Position numbers and translations under genes: made by a program
Shown here: one piece after another, positions 35,805-48,399 of the stretch
How the letters are laid out: every line of letters starts with the position of its first letter
Position numbering within the stretch: position 1 is the first letter of the stretch
Notes under the pieces: generated by a model
The model's input: only the letters and a program-made list of their open reading frames with translations
Databases searched by the model: none
Told to the model about the DNA's origin: nothing
Assembly: GCF_018350175.1 (NCBI RefSeq)
Contig: NC_058368.1
Location: 171,990,001 to 172,054,000, forward strand
Reading direction: 5' to 3'
DNA length: 64,000 nucleotides
Origin: Felis catus
Lineage: Eukaryota

Positions 35805-37384
35805 GTAAGCTTTTCTGAATAAACAAAGTTTGGGGACAGCTTATTCCTGTACTCTGCAAAACAGGTTCTAAAACTGACCTTTTGAAAGGTAAAAATCATA
35901 ATTGGCATTCTACAGATTAATTTAGAAAAGGACTACTGCTAAAGAGAGGAAAACAGTGGTTCTAACTTCTCCTAAGTTAAGGACCTCTGAGAATGTGATG
36001 AAGCCTGTTTGTTTCTCCAAAAAATTTGTTTTGTGAACATTTTATGAACCTCTGCAAGTCCATCATTATTCCCAAGTTAATAGTGTAGAATTATTGAATG
36101 GTCAGATGTTTATGCCATTTCAGATCCTAGAGGCTCTGGGGCCTGGTAATAATTTCTAAAACTAATCTAAAAAGCCATACTAAGTGAAAGAAGCAAGAGA
36201 AATGCATAGTGTGGTACCACGTAGGTACATTTAAATACAAAATATTACTGTTTATTGATATATATGTCTTATTGCTTATTGATTATTATATATGTAAATG
36301 TATTTTAAGTGGACTGTAAGAAAACCCCAGTCTTAAAATAGTAATTAACCTAATGGTGAGCAGGGAGTGGGGACACAGGGATGGTGGTCAGAGAAGACTG
36401 TAGCATTATCTCTTATTTTATTTCTTAGACAACAACAGTAATCAAACACAATTGGATATCAGTATCCCAAAATATTAATTCTGAGTTTGGGGAAGATGAA
36501 TTTTTTTTTTTTACACATGATTCTTTTCTGAATTCTTCATTTCTAAAAACTATAATTTTTTAAATGGAGCTATTAATTCCCTTCTTGTCACAATAATCCC
36601 AAGCTGGCAACTAAATTGTTTTTAGTTTAGTTAACATAGGTTGGTTTTTCTATGCTAAAACCTGTCCAGGTTAGTAGATATTTCTGGAAACAAGATTGTG
36701 ACTCCAGAGTAACAGGTAGTATATTCCAGTGTATTTCTTCTTCGGTTTGACATCTTCCTTTACTATCTCTTAAAAGATAAAAAAAACAAAAAACTTTTGA
36801 CTTCACCAGTAAGTAAAATATAAGTAAAAAATTGAAAACATTTTTCTCCCTGTTTCTAGCAAGAAAATAGTTAGAAAGTAAAAAGAGAGAAAAAATGAGG
36901 AGCTTAGTGTATTGAAAGTAGCTACTAGAGCCTGAAGAGTTATTTGGTGCACAGAGAGGGTACCTGCAGGCATAAATCATCTGGGCATATGAATGACATC
37001 TTTTGTAGCTTGATGACATTCACAAAATTAAGCAGCCCTGTGTTTCTGTAGCTTAAGATAACAATGATGTCTTCATTCTGTTTCCCAGTTTTCGTATTTA
37101 GATTAATTCTCCTTTGATCTTGAAGTCAGTTACTAGAGCCAAGACCAAAATTTATGTTTTAAATTTTTATTTTGTTCACTTAAATATTTCATTGTAGTTC
37201 TTAGAACCTTTTCTCTAGGAAAGGCTCCCACTTGAGCAAGTCATGTCTTCATACTTTTTTTTTTTTTAATCCTTGTCATTCTCCTGATGTGACAATTTGT
37301 TGACCTTTATGATTAATTTGAAGTTAATGAGCTTTTATGTCTTATTCCTTAAGTTGTACACTAAGCCTAACTTCTGGTTCCTAG

Positions 37385-37518
37385 GTAAGTCAGTAATGTT
37401 GTATGCAGCGGAAATGATACCTAAACTAAAAACAAGGACACAAAAAACAGGAGGTGGTGACCAAAGTCTTCAGCAAGGAGAGGGAAGTAAAAAAGGGAAA
37501 GGAAAGAAGAAGAAGTGA
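37385..37518 (+). CDS. SRP19: SRP19 exon 5, coding part: KSVMLYAAEMIPKLKTRTQKTGGGDQSLQQGEGSKKGKGKKKK*
   Basis: ttcctAG acceptor, 134 nt to TGA. The five exons sum to 435 nt = 144 aa plus stop. Confidence 0.96.
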
Positions 37519-37904
37519 TCGGGGATGAGAATCAAGTATGTGGTACTACTGTGAGAGACGTGAACGAAGGCTTCTAATTTATATCTAAGAGAAACAGAAG
37601 CTTTTTGTTTGCATCATTTAATCAAACTATGGACATTTGTGCCTCCCAGCTTCAGCATCAGAGCTGACAATGAAATAAATTTACATCAGAAGTTTGCATC
37701 TAGCTCTTACACAGTACAAAAGAAAATTTCTTTGCCTTTCAATGGAGAGTTTTTGTGGAAGAAAGAAGCTTATTTTTAAGTGGACAATGGATTCTACCAT
37801 CAGTTACTTGAAATTCTGTATCTGTCCTGTGTGTAACATGTTTCAGATAATGAGTTTAATTAAAGATTTGAAATACACATTTTCTTCAACTTTTAAGTTA
37901 GTGA

Positions 37905-37910
37905 AATAAA
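37905..37910 (+). terminator. SRP19: Probable SRP19 polyadenylation signal (alternatives at 37674, 37859, 37977)
   Basis: AATAAA followed by T-rich sequence, ~390 nt after the stop. Confidence 0.55.
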
Positions 37911-38164
37911 ATTTGAAACTGACTTTTAATAGCTTTTGCCTATGAACTAATGCTAGTAGAAGAGGTAATTAAAGAGAATAAAATGAGTCTTAGTGTGAGC
38001 TTAAAACTAGAAGAAAATGGCTACATCCTCTTGGACGTTTATGAACAGCTAGTCTACAGATCATTTTAATCAATTGTCATCGAGTGTTCAGTTACTAGTT
38101 TTTTGACATGGAAAATCCTGGAGTTTAAGCTTTAGATTTGCTTATTTTATAGGCTTCAGAACAT

Positions 38165-38390
38165 TATTTATTTATTTAAAAATATTTTTTTTTAACATTT
38201 ATTCATTTTTGAGAGACAGAAACAGTGTGAGTGGGGGAGGGATAGAGAGAGAGGGAGACAGAATCTGAAACAGGCTCCAGGCTCTGAGCTGTCAGCACAG
38301 AGCCCAATGCGGGGCTTGAATTCATGAACCACGAGACTATAACCTGAGCTGAAGTCAGATGCTTAACCGACCGAGCCACCCAGGTGCCCC
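38165..38390 (-). mobile_element. Can-SINE
   Basis: Flanks CAGAACATTAT and CAGAACGTTAT. Confidence 0.88.
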
Positions 38391-39139
38391 AGAACGTTAT
38401 TTTAATTGGAGTTAATGTTATTGCCTATGCTTTAACACCTTGAGATATACTTTTTCTCAAAACACTAAATTGGATTGGTGATTCTGACTTTATTCCAAAG
38501 CACTATTTCTGAAAGTGGTAATTTTGTGTAAGATTTAAGAGAATCACTATCCAGCCATTTGTTTTTGTCTGAGCATCCTTTGGGGAACTGTCTTCTCTGA
38601 CTCCATATGCTTCTGGAAGGGCTATTAATTATAGGACATACCACAGGGTATGACCCAAGTCAGACCAATGGTTTATTTTTCAGGAATTTAAATCTGGAGT
38701 AGAAACACAGACATTATAGTTGATGATGGAAGCTAAGATATTTGATGGTCTACAGATTTGAGTTATCCTAAGTCCTGTTCTTGAGGCCTGTTTTGGCTCT
38801 TCTGTGAATTCTGTAAACTATACTTTATATTCTTCCAGTAAATCCCATTTTCATTGTTTTTATTGCTTGAGATAAAAAATTCCCCTTGATGACAAAATAA
38901 GTGAATCCAGAGTTTCAGAGTTTTAAATGGACTTACACACCTAGGCTGTAGGAAGGTGATCCATGGGTGTGTAGGAAGAAGTATTCAAATTTTTACTCTT
39001 TTCTCTCTTTAATAATTTCTGTTGTTCATACATTTTATAGTGAACATAATAGTATAGCAGTTTATATATTTGATTTACAAATAAATATTGGGGCAGTCTA
39101 TGCAAAACAAGATTCAGAGTAGCCCTCTGGGAAGATCTA

Positions 39140-39599
39140 TTACTTAGGAATGTGTTTATGTAACAAAACAATGAGAAACATAAGCAGGAGTTACTTTTTT
39201 TGGAATAACATAAAATCCAAAGGTATTACAGGTGTTGGTTCAGCTGCTCAGTGATGCCCTCATATCTTCCCATTCCACTATCCATGGCATGTTTCTAACA
39301 GCTTGTTGTCTCAAGCTTATAAAAGGGCTGATGGAACATCAGATTTCAAGGCAGAATGAAAACCTAGCTGTGCCAGACACTTTTATTCCTGCTTTAGGAA
39401 AGCTAAAGATTTCTCAAAATCCCTCCCAGCCAACTTTCATTTAAGTCTCATTGTCAAGAACTGTGGCTCATGTCCATCTTGAACTGCAAGAGAGGCTAGG
39501 AAAGTGACTATATAGCTTTTTGAGTCATGAAAATGGAGTCAGCCAAGGAAGAAAGTGGAGACTGGATATTGGGGCAGTCAACTTAAAAGATTTGTCACA
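39140..39599 (-). mobile_element. Old MaLR (MLT1J/K-like) LTR
   Basis: gtctcattg...agaactg and ctgcaagagaggctaggaaa motifs, judged by eye. Confidence 0.5.
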
Positions 39600-39600
39600 G

Positions 39601-39796
39601 GGGTGCCTGGGTGGCTCAGTCGGCTTAAGTGTTGACTCTTGGTTTCAGTGCAGGTCATGAGCTCACAGTTTGGGGTTTGAACCCCACGTCGGGTTCTGCA
39701 GCTGGCAATGCTCTCTCTCTCCCTCTCTGCCCCTCCCTGCTTACACTGTCTCTGTCTTTCTCAAAATAAACTAAAAAAAAAAAAAAAAAAAAAAAA
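39601..39796 (+). mobile_element. Can-SINE with long poly(A), TSD AAAAGATTTGTCACAG
   Basis: Direct repeat on both sides of the element. Confidence 0.88.
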
Positions 39797-40134
39797 GATT
39801 TGTCACAGAAAGATGACCAGAGTCTAAAATTATTTGGGTTATGGGGCAATAGGGATTGTCAGAAAGGTTTCAGGACTCTTTCTGTAATGCGGCAATCAGT
39901 GCATAATTGAACTTTTCACATTGTTGCAGTCAGTGCATAATTGAACTTTTCTTTGCCAATCAAGTAAAAAATACAGTCTTTTCTAATGAGTAACACTGAG
40001 CATGTATTTTTATGTTGAAATGCCATTTGTATTTATTTCAGTGAGTTATGTTCACATCCTTTGGCCACTTTTTAAGGACTTTATTGTTATCAATATAATA
40101 GATAATGTAAAGAGCCAGCTAGTTTTTGTGTGTT

Positions 40135-40346
40135 TTCTATTTATTTTTATTTTTTTAATGTTTCTTTTTGAGAGAGACAGAGCATGAGCAGGGGAGGAGC
40201 AGAGAGAGAGGGAGACAGAATCTGAAACAGGCTCCAGGCTCTGAGCTGTCAGCACAGAGCCTGATGTGGGGCTCGAACCTATGAGCCATGAGATCATGAC
40301 CTGAGCCAAAGTCGGATGCTTAACAGACTGAGCCACCCAGGCACCC
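40135..40346 (-). mobile_element. Can-SINE
   Basis: Reverse-complement SINE. Confidence 0.88.
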
Positions 40347-41221
40347 ATTTGTTTTTTAGGCATTAACTTCTGTTGAAGAAAACGATTTAGTTTTACCCCC
40401 CAGTGTATGCTTCCTATCCCTCCCTCCTACCACTCTATTTCATAACTTTAATCAGTATTCAGAGTTCACATTACTATCCTGTATTCCATTCATAGCTGAA
40501 CCATGCAATACTTTGCTACTCAAATGTGTGGTCAGGGGTCCAGCAGCACTGGTCTCTCCTGGGAAATTGTGAAAAATGCAAAATCTTTGGCCCTAGCCCA
40601 GAATTAAAAGGTCCCCAAGGGATTCTTATGCACATTACAGTGAGAAACACTGAAGTATGCTATTGTTATTTTTGTTTTCTGGATTTGTGTTTTCCATAGA
40701 TCTAATTATTAGTTTTTTAAATATTTATCACTAACTCAACCACACAGTATCAGCTGTCAAAAAATATCCTTTTAAAGAGTTTGTACATGTCCGTTTAATT
40801 CATCTTTTTAAAGAAGTTTTTTCTGGAGCATTTTACCTGGTTCTAATCTCTACTGGTTACCCTTTAGGCCTAGTGCACAGCTTCACTCTGCATCCAGAGT
40901 GACCTGCTTCACTGCTTTGCTGTTTTGGGCATCCTGTATTATGGAATCCTGTGCATTCTGTCTTGGGTTACGTCCTTGTTTGTAGCCCATCTTCTGGGAA
41001 AAATGCAAGGGAGGTAAATGTTCTTAGGCATTGCATGTCATTGTACCCTCACACAGTTTGGCTGAGTGTAGAATTAGAATCGAAAGTCATTTTATTTCAG
41101 AAGTTCAAGGACATTGCATCGTGGTCTTCTGACTAATGTTTTAGCTGAAGGGAAGTCCGAGTCATTCTAGTTAATGATCTTTTGTGACTCACATTTTTCT
41201 TGTTGAAACTCACAACATCTT

Positions 41222-41447
41222 GGGGCGCCTGGGTGGCTCAGTCGGTTGAGCGTCCGACTTCAGCTCAGGTCACGATCTCGCAGTCCGTGAGTTCGAGCCC
41301 CGCGTCGGGCTCTGGGCTGATGGCTCAGAGCCTGGAGCCTGCTTCCGATTCTGTGTCTCCCTCTCTCTCTGCCCCTCCCCCGTTCATGCTCTGTCTCTCT
41401 CTGTCTCAAAAATAAATAAACGTTAAAAAAAAATTAAAAAAAAAAAA
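41222..41447 (+). mobile_element. Young CpG-rich feline-type Can-SINE
   Basis: Intact CpGs; perfect 16-bp TSD GAAACTCACAACATCT at 41205-41220 and 41448-41463. Confidence 0.93.
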
Positions 41448-42424
41448 GAAACTCACAACATCTCGGTATTCTAAAATATCACAATAGTGTGGCTTTGGAC
41501 TTTTTTGTCTATTGTGCTGGGTACCTACCTAATGGGCCTTTCAATCTGGAAACTTGTGTCTTTCAGTTCTGGGAATTTTCTTGAAAATTTCATCAGTGGA
41601 ATTCTTTCTGATCTTGGAACTCCTTATTTGGATGTTAGATGTGCTGGACTAGCTCACAAATTTTCTCATCTTTTTTTCCTCTTATTTCCATTTCTTTGTC
41701 TTTATATTCTATTTCCTACAATTCCTCAGCTCTGTCTTCCAACCCCTCTATTGAACTGTTCATTTTTCTTATATTTTCAGCTTCTTCAAGCTTTCTTGTT
41801 ATCTGAATATTTCCTTTTTCTAGCATTTTGTTCTCAGGGGGTATGCTTTATATTCTTTTGTTTTCGATTTCATTTCGTTGGCGGTGGTTGTGGTTTTTAT
41901 TTTGATCCCTGTCATATTAAGTGGCTTTCCTTAGACCAGGGTTTTTTGGTTGTAGATTGATGGCTTTTTGAGTGACAAACCAAAAAGCTGATTAGAAGTT
42001 CTGAGCACATAAGAAAGGTTTGCAGACTGAATTTTACTAAAGGGATATCTGGGTGAGATGTTCTTTTAGGGGAAATTTCCAAGATCAGAAATGTTTTTTC
42101 TTAGACTGACCTGTTTCCTAGAGTCCAACAAGCTCCCAGGAGGATAAAGACCTGGGCGTCCAGTGGGAGAAGTTGGAGTGGGGGAAATGGGTCTTACCAT
42201 TGAGTCAATCCAGTTTTTATTACAACTTCCCTCCCTTGACTCTGCCTGTGTCCTCCCCACTCCAGAAATCCTTTTACTATCTCTGGAGGACAATCTCTTT
42301 CACCTGAAAGATGATAAGGTGTTTTTTCACTATTCCTTTTTTTAAATTTTTAGTTCCCTCACAACATTAAGATTGTTCTTTGTGGTTATTTTGATATTGC
42401 GGGTGACTTTATAATGAAAAAAAT

Positions 42425-42654
42425 TTTTTCTTAATGTTTATTATTTATTTTGAGAGAGAGTAAAAGCAGGGGAGGGTCAGAGAGAGATGGAGGGAGAGAG
42501 AGAATCCCAAGCAGGATCTACACTGTCAGTGCAGAGCCTGGCTGACCTGCAAACCGCAAGATCATGACCTGAGCTGAAACCCAAGATTCGGATGCTTAAC
42601 CAACTGAGCCACCCAGGTGCCCCTATAATGAAAAAATTTTTAATGTTTGTTTAT

Positions 42655-42696
<42 letters not shown>

Positions 42697-42860
42697 TGCG
42701 AGTGGGAGAGGGGCAGAGAGAGAGGCAGGGAGAGAATCCCAAGCAGGCTCCGTGCTCCCAGAGCAGAGCAGGATGCAGGGCTTGAGCTCACGAACTGTGA
42801 AATCATGACCTGAGCCAAAATCAAGAATCATGCTCAACCAGCTGAGCCATGCAGGCACCC
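42425..42860 (-). mobile_element. Two tandem Can-SINEs
   Basis: Heads end at 42623 and 42860; TATAATGAAA occurs three times around them. Confidence 0.88.
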
Positions 42861-42892
42861 TATAATGAAATGTCTATACCAAAGAGATTAGG

Positions 42893-43267
42893 TGTGGTAG
42901 GCAGAATAATGTGGTGTTCTCCCACCAAAAAAAACCCCTTGTGAATATTACTTCATATGGCAAAAGGCCTTGCAGGTGTGATTAGGAATCTTCAGCTGGA
43001 GAAAGTAGTGGTTATCCAGGTGGGCCCACTGTAATCTGAAGGATCTTTATAAAAGGGAAGTAGAAGCTAGAGTGCTAAGGGGTCCCAAGCCAATGAATGC
43101 AAGCAGCTTCTAGCTGAAAGAAGCAAGGAAATGGATTCTCCCCTAGTCTCCAGAAGGAATGCAGACCCTTTTGGATGTCTGATCTCCAGAACTGTAAGCT
43201 GCTAAATTTATACTGTTTTGAGCCACTAAATTTGTGGCAATGTGTTGTAGCAACATTAGGAAACACA
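42893..43267 (+). mobile_element. MLT1C/D-like MaLR solo LTR
   Basis: tgtggtaggcagaataatg start, gcaaggaaatggattctccccta, ctccagaactgtaag, gccactaaatttgtggcaat. Confidence 0.75.
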
Positions 43268-43542
43268 GACCTGGTGAACCAATATGAGTGAAGGTAAACT
43301 GCAGACCTTGGGATTCTTAACCCCAGTAGTAGTTTCTACAAGTTCTTAACACTGGCTACATGTTAGAATCACCCTAGAGTTTTAAAAGCATACTGGCACC
43401 TAGGTATCACAGTAGATACCAGAATTTCTGGTAGTGGAGGGAGATACCAGCATTTTTGGAAAGCTGCTCAGGTGATTGTAATATGCAGTCAGATCTAAAA
43501 ACCACTGTATACTAAGTGTAGAGGTAGCGTTTGTCTAACCCG

Positions 43543-43730
43543 ATGGTTTTATCTCAAAGTGTGGTTTCTGGACCATCGGCATTACCTGGGGATTTATTGG
43601 AAATGCAAATTTTTCAGTTCCACCCCAGACCTACTGAATCAGAAACTCTGGATGGGACCAGCAATCTGTTAGAACAATCCCCTCCCCTGCAGAGAAATTC
43701 CAATGTACACTGAAGTTTGAAAACCAACTG
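43543..43730. mobile_element. MER5A-like DNA transposon
   Basis: ctcaaagtgtggt...ccccagacctactgaatcagaaactctg...aagtttgaaaacc. Confidence 0.7.
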
Positions 43731-43998
43731 ATCTAACCAAAGAAACTTCTTATTCTTAATACTCTATGAGATGTATATTATAGATTTTATAAGCTAATAT
43801 TGTAATAAAGAGCCAGAAAAAGATTTAATGAAGGTCATTCTCAAACATAATTACTTTCCTACCGTACTACATATAACTTAATATCATCTGATGGCTCAGG
43901 ATGTGAACTCTCACTCTAGACACCATGATTCTAGACATACAGACATGTAAAAGCAGATGTGGAAGACAAAGCTGACCAAAGCATGACCTCCAGAAGCA

Positions 43999-44229
43999 TT
44001 TTTTTTTTAATTTTTTTTTTTTTTTGTTAACGTTTATTTATTTTTGAGAGAGAGAGAGAGAGCATGAACGGGGGAGGGGCAGAGAGAGAGGGAGACACAG
44101 AATCGGAAGCAGGCTCCAGGCTCTGAGCCATCAGCCCAGAGCCCGACGCGGGGCTCGAACTCACGGACCGTGAGATCGTGACTTGAGCTGAAGTCGGACG
44201 CTTAACCGACTGAGCCACCCAGGCGCCCC
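43999..44229 (-). mobile_element. Young CpG-rich feline-type Can-SINE
   Basis: TSD CCAGAAGCA; about 97% identical to the element at 41222. Confidence 0.93.
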
Positions 44230-44634
44230 CCAGAAGCAGACATTTTTGATAAAATTCTCAAGTTCCTCCTTCCTTGGTCTCTTCTTAAGTATAGAGTAAT
44301 TTGCAGGCACATGCAGGAAGTGTTTGCTACATCAAAATGTACTTACAGGCAACCAACTTCTAGGAGACTGGGTGTAACGAAATATGCAGTAGAAAGCAAC
44401 TTAGGTTTCTTTTAAATCTAGTGCTAATTATTGCTAAAAGCTTTTCACGGTTGTTTTCCTTTGGGAGTTTTTCCTCTGACAGGTAGTAACCACCAGGGGG
44501 TGACTACAGGCCAGGTAAAGAATGGGGTTAATGAACAGCAGTGTTTAAGGTTCATTTACCTGCATTTTACTTCAGATATTGCTTAAATGATTCTAGATTC
44601 TCTTAAGCCCCAGAAAATAAAATGAAACATAACA

Positions 44635-46956
44635 GTTCAGTGAGATAACAGAAGTTTATTTACATCCATTTCCATTTAATATATCACATCTTCTGGATGG
44701 GTGATAACTTATTTAATGGCTATGCTCATTTTCTTCAGGCTATGGATAGAAAACTTTCCCCAGAGTAGCAGTAACTGTTGATCTGAAAGCTTTCAAGTAA
44801 GGGAACTGTTGGGGAGATTCTTTGATTTTACCCCTGAAACACCATTCATGTACACATAAATGCTTGTCTTCTAGCCAGACACAGGCTCAATTAGTTTTTC
44901 AAATACTCTAGCCATGGCGGTATGTTATCTGGGAAATTTAAACAGACACAATTGCTCAACTCATTAACTTCTGTCATTAGTATGTACACTTTGCCAAAAA
45001 CAGGAACTTAAATTTCTTACAGAATGCACTGCAGGAAAAAGCTGTAAGGACAAAATAATTGCATTCAGAATATATTTTCTTACTATAGCAGTTTTTAAAC
45101 TGGTATCAGCCTGTAAGTAGTTATGAGCAATAGTAACTTTTATGCTTCCCCCTCTTGCCTGGTATTTTGTATACTGAAAGTTATATATTCTACATGCTGA
45201 CAACCTGATTATATATTCTGTATGCTAGAAGTTGCTAATTTTCATTCTTCTGCCACCAAGAAAAGTGTACTTTATTATGGGGAAAGGAACTTCAGTACTC
45301 CTGGAGGAACTTTTTTTTTTTTTTTAATCTAAGGCTTGATTTTCTGCTGATAATTAATTGCTTATTTTCTAAGTTTTTTTTTCCTTTAAGGTAAGTTTAG
45401 TAAGATGCCTTATGATTACCACTGTCTTACAGGAAAAAAATAAATAATGTGATCCATATTATAATATTTAGCTGATATTGTCCCTAATTTTTGATATCTT
45501 TGGTATTTTTTACATCAGGAGATTTCATTATGATCTTACCTGTTATCCAAAGGAGAGCTAATTATCTCCTTTTTGCCTTAAAAAGTATTTTACAGACGGG
45601 ATAATTAAACTTGTTTTGTTATAATTGGTTTTGTTTGGTCAGTGTAGTCTAATTCAGAAGGATGCTCAGTTTTTGAAGTTCCTGTGAGTTGGCAGATCAA
45701 ACCAGAAACCTTAATGTTAAATTTTTGTTCTGTACTTAAACTATGTGGTTATCTGCAATTTATCAAAACAGAGTATAAAGATGAAGGCATTTAAATGGAC
45801 CACAAATGACTGAAATTTAAACCAGGGAGGCCTCTTGTTTGTTTGACTTTAAAGGCCAGAGAAAGAAGGTGAAAGCAGTTTGACTTCACTGTCAACTGGA
45901 TTATATAGGTTAGATCATCCTTTCATTCTCCCAGCCTTGGTCTAAGAGCCTGGTGTCATCATTAGCATGTAGCTGCTAATGACAGAAACAAGAACATACC
46001 TGTAATCAGAGGTGGGAAAGTCTAGAGGTTCCTTAGGCTAGTTTCAAAAAAAAAAAAAAAAAGACTAGTAAAGAAACAAGACTAAACCAACATATTACCA
46101 AGCTTTGAAGAAGAAACCAGGAATGGTTTCCGTTATAGCATCTTAAAACAGACAAATCTAAAGTTTATAATCAGCTTTTTTTTAAAGGCCACAAGACATT
46201 ACTAGTTCTACAGGAAGTTGGTAGCTGTGTATTATTGGTGTGTGTGTGTACATTTCCCCATCTATCACCAAAGTGACTGCTTTACACATCTATTCTGGTA
46301 TTCAGCTGCTACAAAGTTAGCGAAACAACCAGGCCAACCCCCACCCAACTTCATTTATCACTTAACTATTCACTGGAAATATCAGTATTTGTTTTTTTAA
46401 TTTTCTGAGATATTATTTAACAGATCACACCAGCACACTGGAACCTTCAGCTTTTGGCAGGCGCTCCCTGTGAGCATTATACATGTCACAGTCAGACAGT
46501 AACATTTCCCTACACATATGTATGCACAAATACATTAAAAACATCTCATACAAAATTGTACATTACATGAAGTAGAACCTTAAAGAGTATCCTAAAATAG
46601 AAGTACAGAGAAAATGCATGCAGAGAGAGCCTGTTGAAGTACAAAGCCTGTGGGATATAGAATTTCAAGTTTCTATTTCCTACAGGATGGTAACACATGT
46701 CTTTTCCTTCCCAGAGGCAAAATATATTTTCCAAAAATTTGGACGCTGCCCATTGCATTAAATTTAAATGCCCCCTATGTATATAGACAGTAAAAGTAAG
46801 CAAAAGAAACCAAAAAAACACACATTCCTTTTTTTAATATATCAAAAATGTTTCCAAGGCAACATTATTAAAATGATTATACCACAGTCCCTAATATAAC
46901 ATCAAGCGCTAATAGGCAGGTACAGAGAGGGCAGAAAGGTCTCATCCAGTCAGCAG
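44635..46956 (-). other. REEP5: REEP5 3'UTR (~2.3 kb, end approximate)
   Basis: SINE-free AU-rich stretch between the stop codon and a minus-strand AATAAA at 44655-44660. Confidence 0.7.
44655..44660 (-). terminator. REEP5: Probable distal REEP5 polyadenylation signal
   Basis: TTTATT on + equals AATAAA on -; a GT/T-rich element lies downstream on the minus strand. Confidence 0.6.
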
Positions 46957-47006
46957 TTAGGTGCTCTTCTTTTCTTCACCAAGTAAATTCACTGCTGCTT
47001 TCTTGG
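46957..47006 (-). CDS. REEP5: REEP5 last exon, coding part: (A)KKAAVNLLGEEKKST*
   Basis: Minus-strand ttccctcctaacAG acceptor, 50 nt to TAA; recognised REEP5/DP1 C-terminus. Confidence 0.95.
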
Positions 47007-48399
47007 CTGTTAGGAGGGAAGAAAACTGTGTCAAGACTATTTGTAATGCCAGCTCTGTGCCTAATGTAGTGACTAGATAGCAACTTGGATGACTCATATC
47101 CAGATGAGAACACACTGAGGTTTGTGGCAGGGCTGAGAGAGTTTCCAGGAAGTGGACCAGAGAGAGACCTCTTCAGAGCACAGATCCTGAGTACCCTAGC
47201 ATATTTCTTTAAGGTCGTCTAGCCTAACCCTGTACAGTAACCGTCTCCTCTAAGCCGTCTACCCTCCTTCAGGTGTCACAAGAAGCAGGGATTCCCTGGG
47301 CATGTAGTGCTCCTCTGTACAAGCAAGAAATTCTTGTTTGTGTCTGGGTGCTCACCTGTTTAATTTGACTATGTCTCAGTCTGATGACAACTAGGTCATC
47401 TATCCCATGGTGACAAAAAAAAAAAAAAATCACAGAAATTCCTCCTTCCTACACCTCAGAAATGATGGAATATTTATACACCTTTATATTCTCTTCATTG
47501 TGCCACCATTTCCCTCTAAGTGTTTGAGTTGGTGGCAAGATACTACACTCATCAAGAAAATATTCTTGTATCTGTGGGAGACTAAGCCTTCCTCTTCCTA
47601 ATTACCAAGCGACATGGAATATGCTGTAAGAACTAGTGTGGAGTGTGAGATGAGGGATGGGGGTGTTATGGAAGACTCCAAGGCCTCCTGGGAGAATCCA
47701 CAAAGTGCACCTGTTTTTGATGGGGCCCAGGGTGAAGCACTGCCAGTCCTTCCTTGTTCACCAGCTGCCCGAGGGCTGTTCTCCCTTCACTTAAAGTTGC
47801 TGAACAGTTAACCAGAAATTGCAGCCTCTTTCTTAACTAGCCCATTGTAAAAATTTACTTCCTGAGGAATCCAGAAGTTTTGAAGTCTAAAATGAGTCAG
47901 CATGCAAGTTCCTCCTAATTTATTTTCATTCTTACACTCCCGTTTAGCAATGTATCAAAGTAAAATTGGATTTTAGAGTATTGACATCTAAGAACCAAGG
48001 GTCTAAGCAATGTGAGTGAACTAGACAGAAGTGACATCGCCAGAGGTTGCTGCTTTGGCTGAGGCAAGGAACAGGAAGGAAACTTCTTAAAAGGAAACTG
48101 GCAATCCCCAGGTGGGAGGACATGAAGGCTACAAGTCAGAAAACACTTAAAACTGTAGAAAAAGGAATCCAAGTAGACTGGAGCTGTATGCCTGGGAGAG
48201 AAGTCCAGTGGAGAGAGGAGTGTGTGAAGGGCAATAGGGAGAACATATCCACACTGCTGGAGAGCTGTCTTGGGGATCTTACTGGCCCAGTGGTCAGGTC
48301 AGTTCTCCTCTCCCACTTTCTAATTACCACAGAGCTCTCCAAACAAAATGGTAAGTCTGCATCCCTCACTACTTTTGTCCAATTTATAAAACCCTTTCT

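Noticed and set aside
39896..39951. Repeat-spacer-repeat pattern as CRISPR-like
   Set aside because: Only two copies, mammalian DNA, no cas genes.
41200..41415. Recurrent WGAWVAQSV... ORFs and tRNA-like heads across the window
   Set aside because: Can-SINE sequence, neither protein-coding genes nor functional tRNA genes.
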